DNA of 63,824 nt, counting the filler, from Choristocarpus tenellus KU-1152 (lineage: Eukaryota; Protista; Phaeophyceae): the NCBI GenBank assembly GCA_964200185.2. It is 15 parts of 15 records of this genome, joined end to end, with 100 filler letters (N's around TTAATTAATTAA, not from the genome) between each part and the next. Parts side by side here need not be neighbours in the genome. Positions count along the whole stretch, not along the records: positions 53,532 to 56,627 come from CAXNAD020022354.1; positions 56,728 to 59,613 come from CAXNAD020023921.1; positions 59,714 to 63,824 come from CAXNAD020016156.1; 12 more parts are not named here. One strand, 5' to 3'. Below the pieces are notes generated by a model that saw only the letters and a list, made by a program, of their open reading frames with translations, had not been told where the DNA came from and did not search any database. Of this stretch, positions 53,712 through 63,824 are shown in pieces. Made by a program: the position numbers and the translations under genes. Position 1 is the first letter of the stretch, and every line of letters starts with the position of its first letter.

Positions 53712-54108
53712 TTGGTTTTCCCCCTGACACATCTGCAAAATGTCAGAGGGCATAATAATAAAATAATAATAAATATATATTGTGTGTACAAATCTTAGGT
53801 TACTATACTACTACTATCATAACGTGTAAGAATAGTGTACTATGTAACTGAGGTCTATATTGTACTACTACCACTTGTCCTTAAGTTTGGTGTGTTGGTG
53901 TCAACCTTACATTTTCAAGTTGAAAAAAATAGTAAGGTATCTGATGCATCGCCTCGAACATTTTGAGAGTAGTCAGGGGAAAAGCCCAAAAATATATATC
54001 AGCGGTGAGCTCTCGTATATCGCGTATCGATACCACTCTTATCCAAAATATACGTATAAATATGATTATACCTTCTGACTTTTGCGTATGTGTGAGGGGG
54101 AAAGCCAA
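53712..54108. mobile_element. TIR element (family E); the same terminus recurs at 54984-55033 and, inverted, at 56580-56627
   Basis: TTTCCCCCTGACACATCTGCAAAATGTCAGAGGGCATAAT and its imperfect inverse at 54061-54108. Confidence 0.7.
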
Positions 54109-54339
54109 CTCGATATCATAAGAACTCTAACAATAACAGTTGTAAATATGCAACTCATCTCTCCATAATTATGGTGTATTGTTATCACTAGTGTGACCTT
54201 TAGGAGATATGTTGGTAAGAAAGCCAAACCAGTATGACATTGACCCCTGAAAAAGTAACAATAGGTTGTCGTGAATGTTAGAGACACCGCCCTAAAAACT
54301 GTTTTCTCTTTGAATATTAGGACAGTACCCCATTCACAG

Positions 54340-54800
54340 TGGACAGGAATTTCCGCATGGATGTGGCCCTTCCTTGCTGGGGCACTTGAGGATGCCAGAT
54401 CAGTTCCCTACTAGGACAAAGGCCTCTTCCTAGATGTTATGTTTGCAGAAGTACAAGCAGCCTCCCATCTACCCCACTCATCCACCAGCAATGGTGTAGC
54501 TGCTGCTGTAGCTGAGGCGCTAAAGCGCCCCACTACAAGCAAGGGTTCTTTTGACCCTCATATTTTTAACCTCAACACCTTCATGGTGGAAAGTTTTGGG
54601 CGTCTCAGTAAGCAAGCAGAAAGTTTTCTGGATGGGTTGGCTACACACACAATAGGGGCGGAAGGAGCGGGGGGTTGCAGCAGAAAAGGAGCTGTCTAAT
54701 CCCGTTTATGACAGATAGTGTCTGTCACAATTCAAGAGGCTCTATCAAGACGTGTCATGCATTCCAATCTGGAGACACCAGGGAAATGGGCAAGGAGGAA
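54340..54800 (+). pseudogene. Restriction-like endonuclease end of a CRE-like non-LTR retrotransposon
   Basis: RMDV...LFLDV...AAAVAEALK...FMVESFGRLSKQAESFLDGLA. Confidence 0.75.
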
Positions 54801-55389
54801 CCTGTCATATTCTTGGGATGCTTCCCTACCTCCTCGCCCTGTGGTATAGGGCTAAACTAGGTCGGAGACATAGAAGGGGAGTGATGTAGCATAGCTGATA
54901 GTAAAATCGAAAATAGATTACAGAAACCTATCTTTCACATTTACGACAAATGTTCATTTCACAGGGGTTCTTATGATATTGAATTGACGTTCCCCTGACA
55001 CATCCGCAAAATGCCAGAGGGCACCATAATATATATTTGTCCTTACCACTCCCCTATCTGCAAAGCATGTAGAAATGATTCCTTTGTACGAATTGATTTA
55101 AATCCTTCCAAAACAATGTAATTGCGATTGTTAGAGCACAATTGTACAAATCACGGTGTGTTGATTCGTCAAAATCTCATCATCAGGTTGTCGGAGGATT
55201 TGTCTCACACCACTCTCAGAAATGTAAATGAGTACAAAATCATTGGGATACACAAACAAAGAATTTACGCCTAAACCTTTGACTTGCAAGGATATGTCCC
55301 AACATACATCACTCAGATTTATGACAGGAAAGGCCGTTGATGTCGGAAATTGATTTGTCCGCATAAATCGGATTTGATTTTTCCGACAT

Positions 55390-56430
55390 GGACACTGCTC
55401 CCCATGTAGGATGTTCTCCCCCATTCCAGGTAATCCCCAATGAGCATGCTACAACTTTGAGGACTTCAATACCATGCACCACCAATGTTGTAATTTGCCA
55501 CAATCAGTATGTTCATATTTCTTGTAGAACACTGTGATGACCTCATCTCTCCCGTCCCGTGATACGACTTCCTGCTTCCACATAGCCAACACGATTTTAT
55601 GGAAACCCTGGAGGATGACCACGTCCTCCTGTAGGTCAAAGTTTAGGAGCTGAAAAGAAAGATTGTTGGGATAAATAGTCTTCCTATTTCCCATTGCCTG
55701 GATTGCTTCAGCCTCTATCATCGTTGGAGGAGTCGTGGGGGCCATGGATGGGGTCGTTGATTGAGGGCTTCAGTACTATGAGAGTTGTGACTTGCTACAA
55801 TTTAGAATCACTACTGTGAAGTATCTCCTCCACCGTTCCATGAAGGATGCCTGCTCCCTGAGTTAGCTGTTCAGACTCGTCACACATATGCTGAGAGGCA
55901 CTCATCTCTCTGGTTCTCTCGACATTGAAGCCTTGCAGGAGTTGGTAGAAACCAAACCAGCTTGGTTGAAATTGTCAATAACGTCTATCTTCGCGGTGTA
56001 GGTGTCAAGAAACTCCTCGAAGGTAGACACCCTCACCCGTTTGAGCGGGGTATCACCCTTCTCAAAAAGTCTTCTTGAAAGTGGCATATTGGGGTGCTGT
56101 GCGAAGTTGCCTCCATATCCTTTCCCATTCCTCCAAGCCTTAGGAAGTTTGCTTGAGCTGGGTCACTTGCGCACCACCCTCTAGGCGGCACTTCGGTAAA
56201 TGGGGAGGGAAGGATACTTTGAACAATGTTCAAAAAGTAAGCTGTATATGTACCAAGGTACCATAGTGTCGACATTGGCAGGTACATCGCCTATATCTTT
56301 GGGTGGCACTAACTCTGCTACTGTGAGGATCTTCTCGGCACCCATGCTCGCTATTTCAGATATCAAAAGTGCAGATATCAGGGGTTGTTTATCATTGTGT
56401 GTCCATTGCGACCTGCCCACCTAGTCACAG
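55390..56430 (-). pseudogene. RTE-like LINE fragment (pre-RT region and RT start)
   Basis: AIQAMGNRKT..PNNL..LL...FHKIVLAMWKQEVV....DEVITVFYKK...DCG...VLKVVA...NILHGEQC across frameshifts. Confidence 0.8.
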
Positions 56431-57399
56431 CTTAGGACTGGGAGGAAAACGATTAAGAAGATGGACTAATACCGTATCTTACACTAAACCAGAAAAAGGG
56501 ATGTACCGCCATCTGAGTATAAGTTAAAATACATAGGGAGTTGCACCTTAAAGTGTGAGAACCAAAAACATGTGTAATATTTTATTATTATGCCCTCTGA
56601 CATTTTGCAGATGTGTCAGGGGGAAACNNNNNNNNNNNNNNNNNNNNNNNNNNNNNNNNNNNNNNNNNNNNTTAATTAATTAANNNNNNNNNNNNNNNNN
56701 NNNNNNNNNNNNNNNNNNNNNNNNNNNGGACTTCGCATGACAAAGATTTGATGGCAGCGGCCATACAAACTTTAAATATGAAGATGAGTATATTGTCCCA
56801 CCCTACCTCGACCATATTCACTGGGGCTAGGTACTTAATCCTTGATCATGATACATCTTCTCACAAAGACTTACCCCATGAGTTCTGGAACACAGGCTTT
56901 GTCCTATTCCCCTGTTGCCAAATTTCAAAAATGGGCTAGACATTTCCCTCATGTATGTATAGCTATAACAACCACAAAAAGCGTTCAATTTGTCAGCTTT
57001 GATTGGTGATCAAAAACAGGTACTGCCTGTCAGAAATCTCTGTTATTCCTCCAATAAACCCCTGCAGGATAACATAGAACCACATGAGGAGAGAGAGTGA
57101 GAAAAGAGAGAATATAGAGATGTCCTACTGATTCTGTTTCCCTGGAATCTATAAGGCTAGGAAGTCAAAGAAAACTAGGGACTTAGTGTTTTGGGCAGAC
57201 TCAGATGTGGGAGAGAGCAAATAAGACCCCACACTGTAAATACTCAAGGTCAGCACACCAAAGGTTGCCACAAGCGGGACATGTAACAACTGTTGCATCT
57301 GCTCTTTCTTTTCCCCCACAACCAATTTTGGACGTGGGTGACATGTCTTTTTACGCCTCAAATGTGTTGCTCCACTTTTTCATACTGTTGGCACACATC

Positions 57400-59613
57400 A
57401 GCAATCCAACACTATTCTAACTCCCCTCGCTTGCTCAATGTTTCATCTCGCCGCGTAAGAATTCTTGGATATGTTGACAATGAACCTATAATGAGCATTA
57501 CTGTTGATACTGCTACTGACATTCCAGTAATATCTCTCAGATACATTGAAGCCCACCCAACACTTTGCAAGGCACCCATTCGGGAGATTCCAGCAGACGC
57601 TCTGAATTTAAAAGGAGCAGATGGTAGATCTCTCTCTGTAACTGGTTTCATTCAAATTACACTACAACTTGGTGAATATCAATGCCTGTCCAAGCAGTGG
57701 TCATACCTAATCTGGGAGTAGAAAAGGTTTTGTTGGATAACAGCATTATGTCGGCATTTGGGGCAGTGCTAGATTGGGATAGAGAGGAGATGTCGTTTAC
57801 AGACAGTGATCAATGCATCCCAGCAAGACACAAAATCGTACCCCTTCCCATCTGTTCCCCCCCAAAAGATTTTTGCCAGACTGAAAATTCATCTCATGTT
57901 TCAATTTCAGTAATCACATCTGAATTCAATACACCAGTGCACACAGTAAAAAAGATATTCCTTCCCCCTGGCACGGAAACGCTTGTTCCAGTTTGTTCTC
58001 AGGCACTTCGAGGAACAGCTACCGATGCAGTGGTGGATCATTTACACTGGCACAGACCTCCAGCATGAGGATGACATACATCCCCACTGGCAACACATAA
58101 TGGTCATTCGTACCCTCACTGTTTGGGAAGAAGATGGAGGATGTCTAGTCAAAATTGTCAATTTTTCACAAAAAGGGATCAAGTTACCAGCTGAGTTTGT
58201 GGTTGGTCATGTTTCCCCTGTATCAAAAACATACACCTTGTCAGATACCACAGTAAGTGCAGTTGCAGCCACACCATCTACCCCTGAAGAACTGAAACAG
58301 GCTAGGGAGGAATTGAAGTTGGTTTTTTCTAAGAAGACTTTTACAAATACTCAACTGACACTTTCTGAACAAAAGGAATTTCTAGATATAGTGGCTAAAT
58401 TCAGACCAGTCTTTCATTGTCCGCAAAAGAACTAGGTTGCTGCACCACTACTTCTGTTAACTTTCCACTACAACCAGGCACTAAACCTATAAGTAGGCTA
58501 CGGTATCGCGCGGCACCAAAAATACGCGACACTATTCGACAATGCGTAACTGATATGGAGAAACAGGGTATTATAAAACCCTCATCTAGATCTGATCATT
58601 CAACCTTACGGTGGCTGCATACAATGCAAGACACGTCCAATCTGTTAACTCGATGGGCCTTAGCTTTGCCAACTTTTGATTTTACCGTCCTTCATAAGCC
58701 TGGCAGATTACATTACACCCCAGATATGTTGTCACGTCCTCTACTGGAAGAATTTTGTAAACATGAATCTGAACCAGCACCCCTAACTCCTATATGTCGA
58801 AATGTGGGTACAAAAACCACTGATGCAAGTTCTCAAGCAAGTAAGGTATACCCTGCCTATGAATTGTCTGTGGATCGACTAGGTGAAATCACTAGAGTGG
58901 CAAATGACTCTGAACTCTTTGCAAGCTCCATCAATGTGTTTCCTGTAATTGATACAGAAGTTCTAGCCAAGGTCCAACATGAGCGGTATGAAGCTTATTT
59001 TCAATACCTGGCAGACCCCGACAATACAGCATTGCCTAGTAAGGAAACGGTCTACACCATGTCATATTTTTTCACTCAAGAACGAGAAAATAGACTTTTA
59101 CTCTACCGATCGTATCAACGTGGTCACCTTCGAAAAAACGGAGAATTTCGAGATCAGTTAGTAGCCCCAACAGAGGTTCAAGGTTTAATCTTACATGCCC
59201 TACATGACCATAAAGTTGCCGGCCATCTTGCTTTCAAGCACACCTTTGACCGAGTTCGTGATAGATTTTGGTGGCCAACGAGTCAAAGTATCTTAGAGGG
59301 TAGAGTCGTGTCCATTTGGGGACCAAAATCCAATGTTGCAATTTTGATGTAATTTTGGCTGTCATGTTTGTTAGGAGATGTCAATATCCTTGTTCCAGAC
59401 ACTACTTTTCATAACGTACACATTTTACCTACTCTGAAACATTTTGGAGTAGATAAGTTGTTATAATCAACCCATAGGAAGCCAAGCACCAAATGGACAA
59501 ACAGGGCAAAACTCGTACTCTCTAAGATAACTTCACTCCAACCTTACATAAAGATGTGAGGGAGTGGTGTGAATCTTGCCAGTCCTGCCAAAGGCGTAAG
59601 ACCTCGCACACTC
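57400..59613 (+). mobile_element. Decayed Ty3/Gypsy pol: protease, RT start, RNase H end, integrase Zn-binding region
   Basis: ITVDTATD (protease); PISRLRYR...MEKQGIIKPSS; SDHSTLRWL...RWALAL..FDFTVLHKPG...PDMLSR; HDHKVAGHL...RFWWPT|LHKDVREWCESCQSCQ. Confidence 0.92.
59280..59538 (-). mobile_element. 259-bp family-A MITE inserted in the Gypsy integrase, TSD CAAC
   Basis: CAAC|GAGTCAAAGTATCTTAGAGGGTA...TACTCTCTAAGATAACTTCACTC|CAAC. Removing the element and one TSD copy restores WWPTLHKDVREWCESC. Confidence 0.95.
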
Positions 59614-62600
59614 NNNNNNNNNNNNNNNNNNNNNNNNNNNNNNNNNNNNNNNNNNNNTTAATTAATTAANNNNNNNNNNNNNNNNNNNNNNNNNNNNNNN
59701 NNNNNNNNNNNNNATCTTAACAAACGTTTGCACTTCGTTGAAATATAAGAAGAAATACTCGCTCTATTCGCCTGTAACAGAGGCTCTAAGCACGGTTGAG
59801 TTGAAGGTGGGGAAACGGGATGGGTGTGGGAGGATTGGTGGGGGTGTGGTCGTGTATTGGGGTGGGGTGGGTTGGAGGGACTGTTGACGGGTCAGCTGCA
59901 AGGAGCTTCTAAGTGAGCTTCTGGTGTGGGAGGATGGGTGGGGTAGGCTCATGTGTTGGGGTGGGTTTGGTTGAAAGGACCATGGATGAGCCAGCTGCAA
60001 GGACCTTCTGAGTGGGATGGGGTGGATGGTGGAAGATGGGGTAGATAGGGTGGCAAGGTAAGGGCAAGTGGGGGGTGGGTCTTGAGCAGGTTTGGTGGTG
60101 GGTTGGTTGGGTTGATATTTGTAGTGGCAATGGTGGGGGTGGTGGTGGCGATGATGGTATGGCTGAGGTCTGTGTGTATTTTTGGTAGGTCGGCAGCATT
60201 AAGGGTGTGGAAAGGTGAAAGGTGAGTGGGGGTGGTGAGGCGATGGGGACATTGGCGTGGCTAAATACCAGGCTGGTGGCAAGTGGTGGCAAGGATAAGC
60301 TTGGGCCCAGTGGAAGCGAACTTGGCTGGGGTGAACATTGTCCGGAGAGGAGGGCACCCGCAGGCGGGAGTTGCTGATGGTCCCACCAAATCCTTTTAGG
60401 TTCAGTCTTAGCCCAGTAGTAGAGTAGAAGGAACTTCTGGTCAGGATCCACCCCATGTTCCATTGTGGACTGTTCCAACCGTCAGTGGGCAGCGTGCATC
60501 CTTTGTTTAGTGGCTGTCTCAGACTTGGTGGTCAGGGCATGCTAAGCAGAGAGGTCATCGTTTAGGTTGTTGTCATCAGTTGTTCATGTTCTTGGGACGG
60601 TCTGTGGCAGGTGGAAAGGAGTATGCCGAACATTTGGTTGTGGCATTCCTCAAGGGTAGATGTGATGGTGGTGGTGGCGGTTGTGGTGATGGATGGGCGG
60701 GAGCTGCTCTGAACCAGGATGTGATGGGACCGAGGCACCTCGCAGCTCCAGATTCCCACCAAGGTCATTTGAAAGGTTTTGAATGAGGAGCCATCGCTGG
60801 AGAACATGGATGAGTGTTCGTTGCAGGGTGCTGGAGTAGTGTTACCTTGAGTGGCGAAGGTGGGAGAACGGTGGTAGGTAGTACGGGCAGGTCAGGTGTG
60901 TTGTTCACATATTGAGGCTCATAACCTGTTGAAACCTGGGATTGAACGAATCGTGCTCTTGTATGGTGGCAGGTTGGTTATGATGAAGGGGTGTCATAGC
61001 AGTGCACTAAAGCACCGGTGAATTCATGCTGATGGACCTAGGGACATGATGTTCATAGTCAGTGGTTATTTGGTAAGATGTCGTGGGTATTCCTTGAGAC
61101 GCTCAAAGGAAGAAGTACATGCTTTGAGTAGAAGCTTGGCACCTTGTGAAGAAGGGTTTATGAAGATGTTTTAACTCTGAATATATTACATCCTGTTGAG
61201 TAGAGGTACAGTTAGTGCAGAGTGAAGTCGAAGTCTAAGTAGGGGCAAAGACAACCGGAGAAAAAATAATAATCAACATATGGCACACAACTGATGGCTC
61301 TGATGTGAAGATCAAATAAAACAAAGAAAAAACTTGAATCAATATCTCGAACATTTCATATCGCACATACTATGCTTGTATGTTTGACAGATGTCGACTG
61401 TTCTATACTTCTGATGCACCATGATGTTCTAAATAATTGATGATACTATGATGAGGTGCAAATGATGAAAATGTGATTAACGACCATTACCGATATGCGA
61501 ATCAAGAGTCAGTATGAAATGGTCATAATGAATAAATCGTATCAAGCACACAAAAAGATGAGTACCCTATATATATTGAAAGGGTTGTCAAAGATGGCGA
61601 GGCATACAGAGTATCTACAATAGTTTGTATACTGCCTAATCAAGTCTGTGTAGTCCGAGTCGCCTGTTAACTGTAATGGCTGGGCCTTTGACCTCAGTCC
61701 ATGCTTGCGGCAGATGTTAGGTTAGCTGGACCCTGATCTCCCAGAAGAACCTAACCTCCAGCTCCCAGACCTCGTGATGCTGATGCATCTCAACTCTTGC
61801 TCTGATCTCGGAACGCTTCGCCAGTGATGGGTTCAATGGGTCCAAATCTAGCTTCTATACACCAAATAGATGGAGGCTGTGTACGTGGCACTGCACACTC
61901 CTAAACGGGATTTTTACTGCCCGGGATTGTATCAACAATTTTCTGGGTTGGTCCTGTTGCCACAGTATTTGAATGAATGATCTGGATAGTTTTTCTACAA
62001 TTGGTTGCCAAAACATCCCGGAGTTTATCTTCTGCCAGGAGAGTCTCATGACGAATCTTAGGAAGAACAGTGTCGAAGAAGCCGTTCATAATTTTAAAAC
62101 ATCAACCACGGGTTGAAAATCAATGATCCAATATATGTGTTGAAATATCACCTGCCTCATGTAGGAGTGAGTAGGAGAGATTGACACCGGAGGAATGTTG
62201 ATAGATATTTGTAGAGGTTGTAGAACAGAGTGATTTATAACAAGGAGGTTGGGCAAACCAGCACCTTCTATAGTTATGGACCACTTCTAACGCTGTGCCT
62301 TCAAGACGGTATTCTAGGTTTCTATATGTTGTTGCTGTCATCATCCTTTCTTACGATTCTCGCGCATCACGAGAAGATTCCGGTTGGGGTTGGTCATTTG
62401 CACACCACCCTCATATCCTGCTGGAGAACCCTTTATGTGTTTGAGGACTTGTGAAAGGCTTTCTAACAAATGGGTAGTGGGTGAACATATCATTTTGTCG
62501 CCTACACTTTGTTGTTGTTGTTGTCACACTTCGCCACTCACCTTGTCCTTTCTTGCTATTCCTTCCACATTAAACAAAAGTTTACGCGGAGTGACATTTC

Positions 62601-63824
62601 TCCCAATTAAATTGACGAAAGTGAAAGGGTCAAATTACCTCCAACTTCTAATAATGACAATGAAAATTACTTGTTGAGGAAAGGAGGTCTCTTGATAGTG
62701 TATGTATAGTGATGAAGAGGAAATTGTTCATGGAAGCAAACCAATACCATACTATACATTATTCATCTCACTTTATTGATACTTGTACATTTCTAATATA
62801 CTCTGTTCACAACTTTACCACACACTCCACACCTATATTCCAACTGACTGTTCTATACAGGCCTTTCTTTGTGTTTCACATTCCATTCACCAATATCAGA
62901 GAAGTTGTGAAGTGACAGTTGGAGAATAAGGGGTAGGAGAGGTTCGGAGTATATTGACCGTTGTAATAGTGCTGTTGAAAGCATCTTCCTACTACTGTAG
63001 TTTATTGAGGGGGTAAGATTATAGGAAAATGTATATTGCAAGATGTACAGTTCAAGAGTCTGCACTATTTCCATAAATAATTGGCATACATTTTATTGAT
63101 GGCAGAGATACAGTAAATATATTGAAAAAACTCACCCAAAAATTGTACTTGTATTTTGTTCTTTTTTTGAAGAGAAGAAATAGGCAAATATGTGTAGATT
63201 TGGTTCTTAAGACGACATATTGTAGGAAGTATCATTAATAAATGGAACAAGTTGTGTATATCATTTTGTATTGTACCACAAACGACAAGATGATAGACGA
63301 TGCCCATTGTCTCCAAGGACACAACTTGGGGATGATCTGCCATATTTTCAAGTTGAGTCACCCGAACACAACACCGAACATTGCAGGGTACAAAAAGGAG
63401 TGGGCACTGCACATGTTACAACTCTAAAAAAAAAGGTTGAGTAGCGTTGATCATCTCATTGAGTGGTGGGTACTGCGTACCTCCAGATCGGTAAACCGGT
63501 GGCATCACCTACTTCGAGAGAAACACACAAATACTCCGTTTCAACCCACGCCTTCCAGCATTTCGAACAGGCACCACAATCACCACTACCACGACCAGGA
63601 GCCCCATACGGGGATACTTACTTCCTTACTGTTGGTTTCTCTCCGTTCACTGCAGCACGGCAGTACGCGCTAGGAGTGATGGAAACTTCGACGTGGGTGC
63701 CCCTCTCCGCACCAGACTTCCTATGTATTGGCCTGGCTACATTCCACCAGGTAGATCAGCTCTCACTTGGTAAACAGAGATTGCTTGGTGGTGGGCATCA
63801 TTTTTTGTGTTGCCTGTTTTGGTC

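Noticed and set aside
6302-59713. Regularly recurring TTAATTAATTAA motif
   Set aside because: Assembly linker embedded in Ns; not biological. ORFs running into it are artefacts.
59714-63824. Pro-rich 189-aa ORF and other short ORFs
   Set aside because: Explained by G/C strand skew and low complexity; no domain recognised.

Overview
The window is not continuous DNA. It is 15 unrelated short contigs (2.5-9 kb) of an intron-rich, TE-rich eukaryotic genome, joined by 14 artificial 100-nt linkers (N44-TTAATTAATTAA-N44), so nothing can be inferred across linkers. Gene structure, TE types and frequent short TTAGGG runs suggest a stramenopile, probably a brown alga (inference). Spliced genes I could reconstruct by hand: a DNA polymerase alpha subunit B N-terminus, an RNI-like LRR protein, a putative glycosyltransferase, a Cys/His-finger + NADAR protein, a GDPD with a likely GC-AG intron, a P4-ATPase fragment, a secreted alpha-carbonic anhydrase and a complete bHLH factor. 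The rest is mostly decayed Copia, Gypsy, hAT, RTE and CRE-like elements plus several high-copy MITE families with 4-bp TSDs (Sola-like termini). The most unusual unexplained structures are (1) an ~18-unit 78-bp hairpin-bearing tandem array with partial 26-codon coding-like variation (39503-40882), (2) a ~600-bp tandem array whose units each hold a MITE-homologous cassette, inverted in one unit (1-2050), and (3) the finger-NADAR gene. I found no CRISPR array, rRNA or tRNA, and no demonstrably new multi-gene system; these three are candidates only.
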